Below, one piece after another: positions 19,534 to 29,344 of a DNA stretch of 60,719 bases (the first letter of the stretch is position 1; each line of letters starts with the position of its first letter). Origin of the DNA: a virus (taxonomy: Duplodnaviria > Caudoviricetes); the IMG/VR virus record IMGVR_UViG_3300033143_005582, positions 1-60,719 of that record; one strand, 5' to 3'. The notes below the pieces were generated by a model. That model ran no database searches. It had not been told where the DNA came from and saw only the letters and a list, made by a program, of their open reading frames with translations. The position numbers were made by a program, and so were the translations under genes.

Positions 19534-19887
19534 CTAATTATTAAACCTCAACACCACTTCTTGCACGATTTCCACATTGAATTTAAAATCTTGATTTTCT
19601 AAAAACTTTATTGCATTTTTAAACAAAAAATAATCTTTTGAAAATATTTCTTTATTTAAGATAGGAAGTCCATTGCGACAATGCTTGCAATTGGTTTTTT
19701 TTAATATATTTACATTGCAATAACAACAAATATCTTTATTTTTTAAAGATATTTTATAAATATTGCTTATGTTAAAATAAGTATATCCTTTCTTTTCCTC
19801 AGATGTAGCAAAATTAATTGCTTTTAGATTAAAAAGGTTTTTCATATCCTTTTTTGAGAGTTTTAATATTCTATATTTTTTTGTCAT
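19534..19887 (-). CDS. Hypothetical Cys-rich (zinc-finger-like) protein
   Basis: CCYC...CKHC. Confidence 0.55.
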   Translation of the reverse strand: MTKKYRILKLSKKDMKNLFNLKAINFATSEEKKGYTYFNISNIYKISLKNKDICCYCNVNILKKTNCKHCRNGLPILNKEIFSKDYFLFKNAIKFLENQDFKFNVEIVQEVVLRFNN

Positions 19888-20092
19888 TTTTAATTTTGTT
19901 TTTTATAACTTTTAAATCTCTTAACATAACTGGTTCTGCGATATATCTTTTTTGTTCTTGATATACTTTTTTATTTTTATTTTCTACTTTAAAATTAATA
20001 TAAGCTAAATCATCTATAATATCCTCTATTATTCCGATTTCTTTTGTTAAAGTATAATAAACCTTGTCTCCAACTTTAAAATTTGTTTTCAT
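19871..20092 (-). CDS. Small SH3/KOW-like hypothetical protein
   Basis: FKVGDKV..GII pattern. Confidence 0.55.
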   Translation of the reverse strand: MKTNFKVGDKVYYTLTKEIGIIEDIIDDLAYINFKVENKNKKVYQEQKRYIAEPVMLRDLKVIKNKIKNDKKI

Positions 20093-20415
20093 AATTTATT
20101 TAATTTGTTTTTGTGATAAAGTTTTCTTTTTTGTCTATTTATTTTTTGTCTATTTTTTTTACGAAAATTTTTGTCATATTCAGGATTTTCTTTTTTCCAA
20201 TTTTTGGAATATTCAGGATTTTTTTCTCTCCAAACCTTTCCTGCTCTTAAATTAACTTCTTTCCCATTAGGGGTTTTAGAATATTCTTTAGCGTCTGTTC
20301 TGCAACAATCTTTACATTTACTACGATAATTATTTGAGTCATTACGCCAATAAAAATTACTAAAAGGCTGTGATTTCCCTTTGTGAATACATTTTGGATT
20401 ATTGCATTTTTTCAT
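20089..20415 (-). CDS. Zinc-finger protein resembling an HNH/EndoVII N-terminus without nuclease domain
   Basis: CNNPKC...FSNFY...SKCKDC and WxxxNPEY repeats. Confidence 0.6.
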   Translation of the reverse strand: MKKCNNPKCIHKGKSQPFSNFYWRNDSNNYRSKCKDCCRTDAKEYSKTPNGKEVNLRAGKVWREKNPEYSKNWKKENPEYDKNFRKKNRQKINRQKRKLYHKNKLNKL

Positions 20416-20705
20416 AACTTCAAAAATTCCTCTAAATTAATTTCTTTGCCATCTATTACACGAATTTTATCAGTATTATATTTTTGTGGAGGATTTTGAG
20501 AAGAAGAAATAGAATTAAATTTTTTATAAATAAATGGCTCTCCTCTTCTTTTAAGCTTTTCGGATGTATATTTTTTTAAATAAAATTCATATCCATTAAT
20601 TATATCCAAACTACAATAAAATTTAATACCCCAACCTTCTATTTTATTTTTGATTTTGTTAAAATCTTCTTGAGATAAAGGAATATCAACTTTTAAATAT
20701 TTCAT
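20412..20705 (-). CDS. Hypothetical protein
   Basis: Coupled ORF. Confidence 0.55.
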   Translation of the reverse strand: MKYLKVDIPLSQEDFNKIKNKIEGWGIKFYCSLDIINGYEFYLKKYTSEKLKRRGEPFIYKKFNSISSSQNPPQKYNTDKIRVIDGKEINLEEFLKL

Positions 20706-20899
20706 ACTTTATCCCAATCATTTTTTATACAGAACCAATCAACAATATCAACTTCAAAACTTTCCATAGTTTCATAATTATGTTCTATATCTTTAATACA
20801 GCCATTAGGCACCCATTTTATAACTTCAAATTCTTTAACTTCAAATTTTAATAACTTTGCTTTTAAAGTTTTTTTAATTAATTGTGCTTGTATAATCAT
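20702..20899 (-). CDS. Hypothetical protein
   Basis: Coupled ORF; KAKLL..WVP..W pattern. Confidence 0.55.
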   Translation of the reverse strand: MIIQAQLIKKTLKAKLLKFEVKEFEVIKWVPNGCIKDIEHNYETMESFEVDIVDWFCIKNDWDKV

Positions 20900-21477
20900 T
20901 TTTTTAACATTCCATATTTTTTCATATCTTTTATAACATCATTTGCCATTTTATTTTCTGAATTAGCTATGCTTCTTACAGAATTATCTGGGTTCATAAT
21001 AACAGTACATTTTAATATCTTACTATTTATTTTTATTTCCTTATTTTTTGCCCAATTTATCATATTTGGGAAAGGTTCGTGAATAGTAAAATCATATCCA
21101 CAATTTAAAATTCCTTTTATTAAATCTGTAAAATAACCCCTTCTAATCTTTTTTGACTCAATTAACAAAATTAATATATTATTTTTTAATAAAACTAATA
21201 ATGATATATTTTTATTAAATTTTTTAGAAGTATATCCTATTTTTTTTGCAAATTCACTATCAATATTTATTTTTTTTAAATCTTTATGAGATAATAAATA
21301 ATTAAAAGATAGCATAAAAGGTCTATCTTTTATTAATTCTTTTATATTCAGGGATAATTTTTTCCCTTTGTATTTTTTAATTACTGTATTGTATTCCTTT
21401 TTTCCTTTATCAGAATTAATCCAGTCTGATACTATACGAAAATTTTTCCATTCAGATTGTTTAAATTTGCTTTTCAT
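20896..21477 (-). CDS. Hypothetical protein
   Basis: Coupled ORF. Confidence 0.55.
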   Translation of the reverse strand: MKSKFKQSEWKNFRIVSDWINSDKGKKEYNTVIKKYKGKKLSLNIKELIKDRPFMLSFNYLLSHKDLKKINIDSEFAKKIGYTSKKFNKNISLLVLLKNNILILLIESKKIRRGYFTDLIKGILNCGYDFTIHEPFPNMINWAKNKEIKINSKILKCTVIMNPDNSVRSIANSENKMANDVIKDMKKYGMLKK

Positions 21478-21488
21478 TTTAATTTTAA

Positions 21489-22742
21489 TTAATACTTAAT
21501 TGATAAATGTCTAATTTGTTTTTTTGCAATGGCTTTAACAATTTCCTTAAGCATTTTTTTGTTTAAAGTTTTTTCACAATCTTTTATCCATTTTTCACAA
21601 TCTTTTTTATTTTTTAAATCAGAAGGTAAAGGTAATACTTCTTCAAGTAAAAGTCCTACACCATTAATTTTGATTAAATCCTCCAAAATCTCATTATTAA
21701 TCTTAGCTTGATGCTTTGTATTAGCCTCTCTTTTTTTTGCGTCTTCATCTATCTTTTTATTTTCTATATCAACTCGTTCTCTTTCTTTTTTTAATAATTC
21801 CTCTCTTTCTTTTTTAAACTTCTCTTCGGATTCACGGATAATTCTTTCTTTATCAATTTTAGCTTGTTTTTCAGTCTCTTTTCTCAAATGTTCTTGTTCT
21901 TTGGCTTTATTTTCTGCCTCCTCTTTTTCTTTTTTAACTTTTTCCTCTCGTTTTTTAGCCTCCTCTTCCTTTATTTCAGCCTCTTTTTTTATTGCCTCTT
22001 CTCTTTCTTTTGCTTCAATTTCCGCTTGTTTTTTTTCTTCTTCAACTCGTTGTTTTTCTTTTAAAGCTTTTTCTTCCGCCTCTTGTTTGGCTTTTTCTTC
22101 TGCTTCCTTTGCGATTTTTTCTTCACGTTCTTTAATTTCTCTTTCCTCTTTATCTTTTCTTAATTTTTCAAGTTCTAATCTTTCTTTTTCAGCTTTTAAA
22201 GTATTCTCTTTTTCTGATTTTAAAAATTCAACAACTTCTTTTGCTGTTGTTTCAGCTTTAGTTTTAAATTCTTCCCATTCATATTTTAATAATTTGTCAA
22301 CTTCTTTTATAAAATTTTCAATTATTTCTGAAGAAAAATTACTATTTATATTTTTCAATCTTTCAATTTCTTGAATTCTTAAATTACAATTATCAATTCT
22401 TTCTTTTTCCTTATTTTCCCAATCTGTTAATGGTTTTCTAACTTCCTCCTTAAGAGCATCTAATTCTTCTTTTACTTTTCTCCTTTCTATGTTTACAAGA
22501 CTTGTTTTTTCTCTCCATTCATCAGTTAAACTTTTTCCAGCCTTATCAAGCATAGTTTTTGCTTTAGTAATCTTATAAGCAAACGAGGCAATTTCCTCTC
22601 TTCCTTTTTTTGTTGTCATATCAGCAACAAAGTTTTTTGCTCTTTCTTTTATTTCTTCAATTATTTTATCAACTCCATTTGGAGCAAATATTTCTGTTAT
22701 AGTCATTTTTTTATCGTTTATTACGATTATTTCATTTGGCAT
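21489..22742 (-). CDS. Phage coiled-coil protein of recombination modules (often annotated TolA-like)
   Basis: GREEIASFAYKI..AGK..EVRKPLTDWE, E/K-rich middle, C-terminal IAK..I.H.SIKY. Confidence 0.75.
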   Translation of the reverse strand: MPNEIIVINDKKMTITEIFAPNGVDKIIEEIKERAKNFVADMTTKKGREEIASFAYKITKAKTMLDKAGKSLTDEWREKTSLVNIERRKVKEELDALKEEVRKPLTDWENKEKERIDNCNLRIQEIERLKNINSNFSSEIIENFIKEVDKLLKYEWEEFKTKAETTAKEVVEFLKSEKENTLKAEKERLELEKLRKDKEEREIKEREEKIAKEAEEKAKQEAEEKALKEKQRVEEEKKQAEIEAKEREEAIKKEAEIKEEEAKKREEKVKKEKEEAENKAKEQEHLRKETEKQAKIDKERIIRESEEKFKKEREELLKKERERVDIENKKIDEDAKKREANTKHQAKINNEILEDLIKINGVGLLLEEVLPLPSDLKNKKDCEKWIKDCEKTLNKKMLKEIVKAIAKKQIRHLSIKY

Positions 22743-23034
22743 CTTGATTTCCTTTTTGTTTAATAAAATTTTTAAAATATTTTACAGGCAATTTATTACC
22801 TATTTCTAATAGCATTTTCCTATCCTCAACTCCGTTGATTATTTCAGTAAGTCCATAATAAACTTGTATTTCTTTTGAAAAAATATCTTCTACTATTAAA
22901 ATTCCACTGGTTATTTTACTTCCAGTTAGTAATATCTGATGATTTTTTATAGCATTATATTGGTTTGGTGTATTTGATGACCAAAATTCATCTAAAATCT
23001 TTTTATTATTTATAATTTTTCCTATATATTGCAT
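22732..23034 (-). CDS. Hypothetical protein
   Basis: Coupled ORF with RBS. Confidence 0.55.
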   Translation of the reverse strand: MQYIGKIINNKKILDEFWSSNTPNQYNAIKNHQILLTGSKITSGILIVEDIFSKEIQVYYGLTEIINGVEDRKMLLEIGNKLPVKYFKNFIKQKGNQDAK

Positions 23035-23057
23035 TTTTCCTTTTTAATAATTAATAA

Positions 23058-24320
23058 TTAAACAAACATACTAACATCATAATCAATATCTTTGCTTATT
23101 TTCGCTTTGCCTCTTGTAGTCTCGTTTGTAGTTTTAAAGTTATTCATAAATCTCAAACCTTTTCCGTGTCTTTTCACGTGTGCAGTAAAATTATCAAAAT
23201 TATAACCAAAAATCCTTTCTTTAAAGAATATATCAATAAACTTAGCTTCGTTCTTTTTAATAGCTTTTTCTGCGTGTAATTTATCTTCTCTATTTTGTTT
23301 ATCAATTTTTAACTCATCGCTTAAATTTGGATACTTTTGTTGTAGTTCGGGTGTCATTTCAATAATACCTTTGTTTTCAATACCAAACTTTTTTTGACAT
23401 TCAATTAAAAATTCTTCCATGTGTTGCGACATTTTTTGTTTGTTTAATTTTGTATCTTTATCATTCTCATAGTTAGGTTTTGGTTCGCTACAATTTTGTA
23501 GCCTTTCTTCCCAACGATTTAAAGAACTTATGAAAAGTGTCTTTAAAGTTTCAAAAATAGGATAAATCCAAAGTTTAATATCATACCAACCACAAAGTTT
23601 TTCAAAGTTCTTTTGTGTTAAATTTTGGCATAATTCAACAGCACGACCTTTGTAGAAATCATTATCAAAATCTTTTTCATACGGAACTGCACAACCTATT
23701 ATTCCGTATTTGAAAGAATTATCTATTTTATTTTGTATTACATTTTGATATTGATTTTGATTTATGTATTTAAACATAACTTCTTGATTTTCTTCATCAA
23801 CTCCCCAATTATTTTGTTTAAATTTGAAAAGATTAGTAGTTTTTGCCTCACAAACTGATTGCTCGTCCTTTTTTGCAAAAATTGGATTACCGAGTCTTTT
23901 AATTAAAGTTTCAGAGTTAAATTCATAATCTTTTTTAAGTTTAATAAAAATATCAGGTGTATAACTTGCCAATTTATGAAATTCAGGACATTTTATTAAT
24001 TCTTGCGGTTGGCAAGTTGCCTCTAAATAATCGCCACATTTAAAATTAATATATTTAGCAACAAACTTTTCCATTTCGTGTCCGAACAAACTTAAACTTT
24101 CGGGAAATTTTGAAGGTAGTGCCTTTCCTTTTTTATAATTATAAAGTCCAAAAGGACTCATAAATAATTTATCTTTTATAAATTCATCAGCCGAACCACT
24201 CATTGCTTGTCTTATTTCTTCTTCGGTGCATTCGGATTTAATAACTGTTGATATTTCACTTGCACCAACATATTTTAAGCGTTCTTTCAGCCACCTTTCT
24301 TTTTGTTCTTCATTTTGCAT
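23058..24320 (-). CDS. YqaJ / lambda-exonuclease-family 5'-3' exonuclease
   Basis: WLKERLKYVGASE, GHEME, SYTPD, EAKTT, Y..Q.Q.Q; likely start ATG 24320 after a GAGGG RBS. Confidence 0.85.
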   Translation of the reverse strand: MQNEEQKERWLKERLKYVGASEISTVIKSECTEEEIRQAMSGSADEFIKDKLFMSPFGLYNYKKGKALPSKFPESLSLFGHEMEKFVAKYINFKCGDYLEATCQPQELIKCPEFHKLASYTPDIFIKLKKDYEFNSETLIKRLGNPIFAKKDEQSVCEAKTTNLFKFKQNNWGVDEENQEVMFKYINQNQYQNVIQNKIDNSFKYGIIGCAVPYEKDFDNDFYKGRAVELCQNLTQKNFEKLCGWYDIKLWIYPIFETLKTLFISSLNRWEERLQNCSEPKPNYENDKDTKLNKQKMSQHMEEFLIECQKKFGIENKGIIEMTPELQQKYPNLSDELKIDKQNREDKLHAEKAIKKNEAKFIDIFFKERIFGYNFDNFTAHVKRHGKGLRFMNNFKTTNETTRGKAKISKDIDYDVSMFV

Positions 24321-24483
24321 TTTTATATCCCTCTTTTTTATTTCTAAATAATCTTTCAACAAAGTAAACATTGTTTTTTTTCTTTTCTTCTCTTTCTTCG
24401 TTGAATTTTTTTAACCCCTTTTCTTTTCTTTCTAATTCTTCTTTAAGATAATTAGAAAAAATTTCTATTTTTAGTTTTCCCAT
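24310..24483 (-). CDS. Small hypothetical protein
   Basis: Likely start ATG 24483 after an AAGGG RBS. Confidence 0.45.
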   Translation of the reverse strand: MGKLKIEIFSNYLKEELERKEKGLKKFNEEREEKKKNNVYFVERLFRNKKEGYKNAK

Positions 24484-24517
24484 CGTTTTCCCTTTAGTTA
24501 TTAATAAATTTATAAAT

Positions 24518-24790
24518 TTAATTATTTTTAATATTGGTACAATCAAATACAATATTTGAATTTTTTTTATTTTCGTTTACAGTTTTATTAAATTGGTTTA
24601 AAAGTTTTTTTCTTGCATAATTATCATCTTTTCCATAAATAATTGAAAAAGTTTTTATAGATACATCAAATAAACCACTTGTTAAAGATAATAAAGTTGA
24701 TAAAAATTCTTCATCTTTTGGTATAGAGTCTATAATTTCTTTAGTTTTTTTTATTATCATTTCTGCTTTTATTTTAATTTTTTTATCCAT
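24518..24790 (-). CDS. Hypothetical protein
   Basis: RBS AAGGA. Confidence 0.55.
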   Translation of the reverse strand: MDKKIKIKAEMIIKKTKEIIDSIPKDEEFLSTLLSLTSGLFDVSIKTFSIIYGKDDNYARKKLLNQFNKTVNENKKNSNIVFDCTNIKNN

Positions 24791-24820
24791 TTTTCCTTTT
24801 AGTTATTAATAAATTATAAA

Positions 24821-25117
24821 TTATTCAAAAGCTTCATCACTACCCGAATGAATGCTGTCGTGATATTCGTCTATACTACAATCATCGCCATAATCTCCGT
24901 TTTTACCAAAATTTTCTCTAATACGATTATTTCTTTCTACATTATCTTTATTCCAAGTTGGTTTGTTTTTTTCTCTTAATTTAGCCCCGCAACTTTTATC
25001 ACAACATAATCCCCAACCTCTTTTTAAATTTCTATTGTCTGCAAAATATTCTTTGCCACAATTATTACAATTTCTTTTAGTAAATCCTTTTTTTTCAGTT
25101 TCCATTTTCAACCTCAT
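24821..25117 (-). CDS. Zinc-finger hypothetical phage protein
   Basis: CNNCGKEY...KRGWGLCCDKSC. Confidence 0.65.
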   Translation of the reverse strand: MRLKMETEKKGFTKRNCNNCGKEYFADNRNLKRGWGLCCDKSCGAKLREKNKPTWNKDNVERNNRIRENFGKNGDYGDDCSIDEYHDSIHSGSDEAFE

Positions 25118-25325
25118 TAATTTTTATACTCTCAATTTCTTTTAACCTTGATTGCATTAGTTCAAGGTCTTTTTTGTCTTGCCAATAACCTTCACTAAGC
25201 CTGCTTTTTTTAAAATCTATTTCTTTCTCAATTTCAGAAATGAAGTCTTTTTTAAATTCATTAGGATTTTGTAAAGACCATTTAAAATTATCGTAATTTT
25301 TATAAATATCATTTCTGTCTAACAT
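25095..25325 (-). CDS. Hypothetical protein
   Basis: Coupled ORF. Confidence 0.5.
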   Translation of the reverse strand: MLDRNDIYKNYDNFKWSLQNPNEFKKDFISEIEKEIDFKKSRLSEGYWQDKKDLELMQSRLKEIESIKINEVENGN

Positions 25326-25504
25326 TTTTGTACCTCATTAATTTTTTTTAATACAAAATTAGGATAAAGACGTATTAAGTTAAGAAATTTTTCTTTAGCT
25401 TTATTTTTATTCAAAGCTAATATTTCAAATGTAGTTTCTTTTAAATGTTTATTTTTTTGTAATAAATCTTTACATTTAAATAAATAAATTTTTTTAACTG
25501 ACAT
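25319..25504 (-). CDS. Hypothetical protein
   Basis: Coupled ORF. Confidence 0.5.
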   Translation of the reverse strand: MSVKKIYLFKCKDLLQKNKHLKETTFEILALNKNKAKEKFLNLIRLYPNFVLKKINEVQKC

Positions 25505-25910
25505 AAGTCCCTATTTTATTAATAAAATCTAAAAATTCTTGTGCTATTTTTTCGGTTGGTAATTCTTTTTCTATCAAAATATTATCTTTTGATTTATCTT
25601 TTCCCCAAAGATGCAACCAAAATTGATAATCTGAATAATCATCTAAGCAACCCATATATGAAATGCGAGGATAATCTAAACTTATAATATTAAATCTATG
25701 ATTTTCCCCTATTATTTTTTCGTGTCCACGTCCTTTTTTTACAAAGAATTTTTTTGTTTTTGGATTATATTCTTTATGAATACTTAAAGCCTCTTTTAAA
25801 GTTGGGATTGAAAACTCTGTGTTTGGAATTTTACCTTGTAAGGTTTTACCCGTTCTTATTATTGTATGTGTAAATTTTTTTATCATATTTTTAAAATGTT
25901 CGTTTTGCAT
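25494..25910 (-). CDS. Hypothetical protein
   Basis: Preceded by TTGACA-17-TAATAT. Confidence 0.55.
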   Translation of the reverse strand: MQNEHFKNMIKKFTHTIIRTGKTLQGKIPNTEFSIPTLKEALSIHKEYNPKTKKFFVKKGRGHEKIIGENHRFNIISLDYPRISYMGCLDDYSDYQFWLHLWGKDKSKDNILIEKELPTEKIAQEFLDFINKIGTYVS

Positions 25911-25945
25911 TTATAATATTAAAACAATAAAAATAAGATGTCAAC

Positions 25946-26004
25946 AAAAAAAGCCCCCAACTTGCAAAACGACCACTTTTTAGGGTGAGCATTAGTTGGG
26001 AGCT
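25946..26004 (-). terminator. Long-stem intrinsic terminator / sRNA 3' end
   Basis: AGCUCCCAACU...AGUUGGGGGCU followed by a U-run on the minus strand. Confidence 0.65.
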
Positions 26005-26061
26005 ATGTACTTCATAATACATTTTCATTATATCAAATGGTTTTAAAAAATCAATTATCAT

Positions 26062-27513
26062 TTAATCTCCACCTCTAAAATGGTCGTCATATTGTTGATT
26101 TGTTATATTATTGACTAAAGAGTATTCGGGTTCATAATTGAGTATACAATCCCCAGTTCTACCTCTTCTGTTTTTTCTAACCAATAATTCTATTTTATTT
26201 TTACAAACATTGTATTTACTTTTCGCAATTTCATAACTTGTTATTTCTTTTCTGTCTTTACTATTTTTATTAAATCTTTTCAAATCATTTTCTAAATAAT
26301 AAGCTTCTCTAAAGCAAAAGATAATCATATTTGCTATTTGTTCTATTTCTCCACTATCTCTAATATCCATTAAAAATGGGCGTTTATTTTCTCTATTTTC
26401 AACACCTCTGTTTAATTGTGATAAAATCAAAATAGGTATATTAAATTCCTTTGCTATTGTTTTTAAGTTATTCATAATTGAACCTAATTCTCGATTTGCA
26501 TTTTGTTTGTTTTTGCGAAACATTATTTGTAAATAATCAATTACAATAAAATCAATTGTTTTTTCATCTCTTTTGAATTTTTTTAAAGAATTTTTAATAC
26601 AATTACAATCAATATTTGGTTTATCATTTATTAACAAAAATTTGTTATTAAGAGTTTGTTCGTAAGAAGTAATTATTTTTTCAAAAGTTTCATTATTAAT
26701 ATTTCCTTGTTCTATATCCTCTGAATTTATACGACTACAATTTGCTAATAATTTTGTTGATATTTCACTTGAAGACATTTCAAGACTGAAAAACAAAGTG
26801 TTATAATCTTTAATTATTATATTTTTGATTATATTTATTGCTAAAGTAGATTTCCCCATTGCGGGACGACCAGCTAACAAAATTAATTCTCCTCGTTTAA
26901 AACCTTTAAATTTTTTATCAAAATCATAAAATCCAGTTTTTATATATCTTTTTGTTTTGTATGTGATATCTTTCATAGAAATTTCTAAATCGTTAATTTC
27001 TTTTATGATAAAATTAACTATATGTTGAGTTTTAATCTCAATTCCATTTTCATTTTCAAGTTCAAAAAGTTTTTCATTAGCTATTTTTAACTGCTCTCGT
27101 GCGGATACTTTTGTACTTTTTTTGTAAGCGTCTGTGACAATTTCCTCACCAATAAAAACTAATTTTCTTTTTAAAGCTAAATCTTGTATCATCTTTGCAT
27201 AGTCAACAATATCAACAATTCCTGCACCCATACTCAAAAGAATGGATAAATATTTACTTCCGCCGATTGTTTTTAAAAGGTCATCATGATCAAAAAAAGT
27301 TTTTAAAGTAATACTATCGGCAACTAAATTCGCTCTTTGTGTGGTATGAATTATATGTTCAAAAATAACTTGATGTGCAGGTTCATAAAAATATTCTTTT
27401 TTCAAAATTTCAATGACTTTTCCTAAATATTCATTATTGATTATAATTGTGCCTAATACAATTTGCTCTGCTTCTACATTGAACAGATTAGGTTTTTCAA
27501 TTTCACTTTCCAT
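26062..27513 (-). CDS. dnaB: Replicative DNA helicase DnaB
   Basis: NVEAEQIVLG, AGRPAMGKS, FFSLEM, IDYLQ, LSQLNR, RDSGEIEQ, KNRRG. Confidence 0.96.
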   Translation of the reverse strand: MESEIEKPNLFNVEAEQIVLGTIIINNEYLGKVIEILKKEYFYEPAHQVIFEHIIHTTQRANLVADSITLKTFFDHDDLLKTIGGSKYLSILLSMGAGIVDIVDYAKMIQDLALKRKLVFIGEEIVTDAYKKSTKVSAREQLKIANEKLFELENENGIEIKTQHIVNFIIKEINDLEISMKDITYKTKRYIKTGFYDFDKKFKGFKRGELILLAGRPAMGKSTLAINIIKNIIIKDYNTLFFSLEMSSSEISTKLLANCSRINSEDIEQGNINNETFEKIITSYEQTLNNKFLLINDKPNIDCNCIKNSLKKFKRDEKTIDFIVIDYLQIMFRKNKQNANRELGSIMNNLKTIAKEFNIPILILSQLNRGVENRENKRPFLMDIRDSGEIEQIANMIIFCFREAYYLENDLKRFNKNSKDRKEITSYEIAKSKYNVCKNKIELLVRKNRRGRTGDCILNYEPEYSLVNNITNQQYDDHFRGGD

Positions 27514-28322
27514 TAATTATTACCTCCATATTTTTTTATTAATTTTTCTTTTTCGGTTAGTTTTTTAGGATTTTTATCATTATAAGCTTTTTGTCGTGCT
27601 AAAAACTCGTTTTTCTTTTCAATCCAATCTTTCAAATATTTTGCTGGTTGGTTAATCCAAACTTCAAAATCAGCTTTTGCCCTATAATTTTCAATTAAAA
27701 TATAATTTAAATAGTTTTCTATTTGTTTTTCCATTTCTTCTTCTGAACCTAAAGTTTTTAAACATTTCTTAAATTTAGCTTTTAAAGAAGGATATAGCTT
27801 TTCTATCGTTTCATCTTTTATTTTTTGAGTTTCTTTATACCTTTTAATTATTTTTTTAAAAAAAAGAAAATCCTCTCTTTCTTTTTTAATAGAAGAATTT
27901 ATTTTAATAGAAGAATTAGTTTGGTCTCGCTTTTCGTCCATACGGGGGTCTTTATTTTCGTCCATACGGGGGTCTCGCTTTTCGTCCATACCCCTATTTG
28001 ATACCAAAACACCCATTTTATCAGTAAGTCGGACGTATGAAAATGAACCTTTCTTATTTTTAATACAAACTCTTTCAATAAAATCTTTTTTTTCTAATTT
28101 CTTTATTCTTTTAAATAAAGAAGCTTTATTTTTAGTAGGTAATATAGGTATATTTTTTAATAAAGAATTATAGCTTATCCAACCATATTCTTTTTTATTA
28201 ACAATTTCTTTCGTCATTGATGAATAAAAATCAGTTATATATCTAAGTATTAATAAATCAGTTAAATCTAACTTATGTTTAATAGCATTTTTTTGTGAAA
28301 ATCCAAATATTGTGTATTTCAT
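27513..28322 (-). CDS. Replication initiator (lambda O-like organisation) with internal iterons
   Basis: N-terminal wHTH-like region, central MDE(K/N)(R/K)DPR repeats, directly upstream of dnaB. Confidence 0.78.
   Translation of the reverse strand: MKYTIFGFSQKNAIKHKLDLTDLLILRYITDFYSSMTKEIVNKKEYGWISYNSLLKNIPILPTKNKASLFKRIKKLEKKDFIERVCIKNKKGSFSYVRLTDKMGVLVSNRGMDEKRDPRMDENKDPRMDEKRDQTNSSIKINSSIKKEREDFLFFKKIIKRYKETQKIKDETIEKLYPSLKAKFKKCLKTLGSEEEMEKQIENYLNYILIENYRAKADFEVWINQPAKYLKDWIEKKNEFLARQKAYNDKNPKKLTEKEKLIKKYGGNN
27884..27991. repeat. Probable replication origin: three 24-bp iterons plus AT-rich repeats
   Basis: GGTCT(CGC/TTA)TTTTCGTCCATAC(GGG) at 27923, 27947, 27971; TTTTAATAGAAGAATT at 27884 and 27902. 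Confidence 0.75.
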
Positions 28323-28612
28323 TTTGAAACCTCCGTATTTAAAGTTCTATTATGTGGAAGTTCATAATCTTGAGTTATCCAACCAAGTCTTATAAGTTCA
28401 CCAAAACAATTATTAATTACATTTGTTTTAATATTTAAGTCTTGCCTTATATTTTCATAAGTCTTTTTTTTCTCATCTTTTTTTGATAAAAGATAAATAT
28501 AAAAGCTTTTTGATGTTAGTGAAACTCTATTGTCATTGATTAATTTGTTAGGAATTGTAGTAAAACCGCTTTTTTGTTTAGTTATACTTGACTTTTTGTT
28601 TTTTTCTGTCAT
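28319..28612 (-). CDS. Helix-turn-helix protein resembling an initiator N-terminus
   Basis: GFTTIPNKLINDNRVS..K..YIYLLS...ELIRLGWI. Confidence 0.7.
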   Translation of the reverse strand: MTEKNKKSSITKQKSGFTTIPNKLINDNRVSLTSKSFYIYLLSKKDEKKKTYENIRQDLNIKTNVINNCFGELIRLGWITQDYELPHNRTLNTEVSK

Positions 28613-28840
28613 AATTACATTACTGAAATTTTTAGTTAAAAGTTAAACACCCGACACCCATCGGGTTCTCTTTTTTATTACTCCCCATTATTTCTCAAGG
28701 ATTAAAATAACAATAATAATAATTTTCGTTTAAATCTGTTTGTTTTTTTGATTGTTTTTGTTTTATAGGCATTTTAATTTAATTCTATTTTATAAAATAT
28801 TAACTCTACAGCAAATTAATTATTAAATATTCTTTTTAAA

Positions 28841-28881
28841 AAGTCAAATAAAATTGACTTATTAAAAAAAATATCTATAAT
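28841..28881. promoter_or_regulatory. Back-to-back divergent promoters at the left/right arm boundary
   Basis: AAGTCAA-ATAAAA-TTGACTT; plus strand TTGACT-16-TATAAT. Confidence 0.6.
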
Positions 28882-28997
28882 AATGATTAATATCACTCAA
28901 AAAGATATTAATTAAGATAATTCTACTCTATAGCAAGAAAAGAATTAAAATAAACTCCCTCTGTTCGCAGAGGGTTAAATTATAAAACATTATTTAT

Positions 28998-29285
28998 ATG
29001 ATTAAAAAAATTTTAAAAAAAATAAAATCTTTTTTCATAAGTCTTTTTAAAGGATTAAAAATAAAATCTTTTTATAAAAAAATAAAACCAAAATCAAAAA
29101 TATTAAAAGATATAAAAAGATTACAGGAAAATAAAATCAAAAAAGAAAAAGAAATCAAAGAATTACGAGTCTTTTTAAGAAAAGATAAGACTAATAATTG
29201 GCAAAACTTTTTAAAGACAAGAAAAAACTTAAATTTGAAAAGAAAATATATTCATACAAAATTCAATACTTATTTTATAGTATGA
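28998..29285 (+). CDS. Lys-rich hypothetical protein
   Basis: ORF downstream of a promoter and UUCG hairpin; low complexity. Confidence 0.4.
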   Translation: MIKKILKKIKSFFISLFKGLKIKSFYKKIKPKSKILKDIKRLQENKIKKEKEIKELRVFLRKDKTNNWQNFLKTRKNLNLKRKYIHTKFNTYFIV

Positions 29286-29344
29286 ATAAATTAAAAGAAA
29301 TTTCCATATGTTCACATAGGTTTTTAATAAATAAAGGGTTTAAA

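Noticed and set aside
21529-22374. Phe/Ser-rich plus-strand ORFs, and similar antisense ORFs at 515, 2281, 2638, 8711, 31158, 40974, 50050, 53852, 58746
   Set aside because: Antisense shadows of well-supported genes in AT-rich DNA
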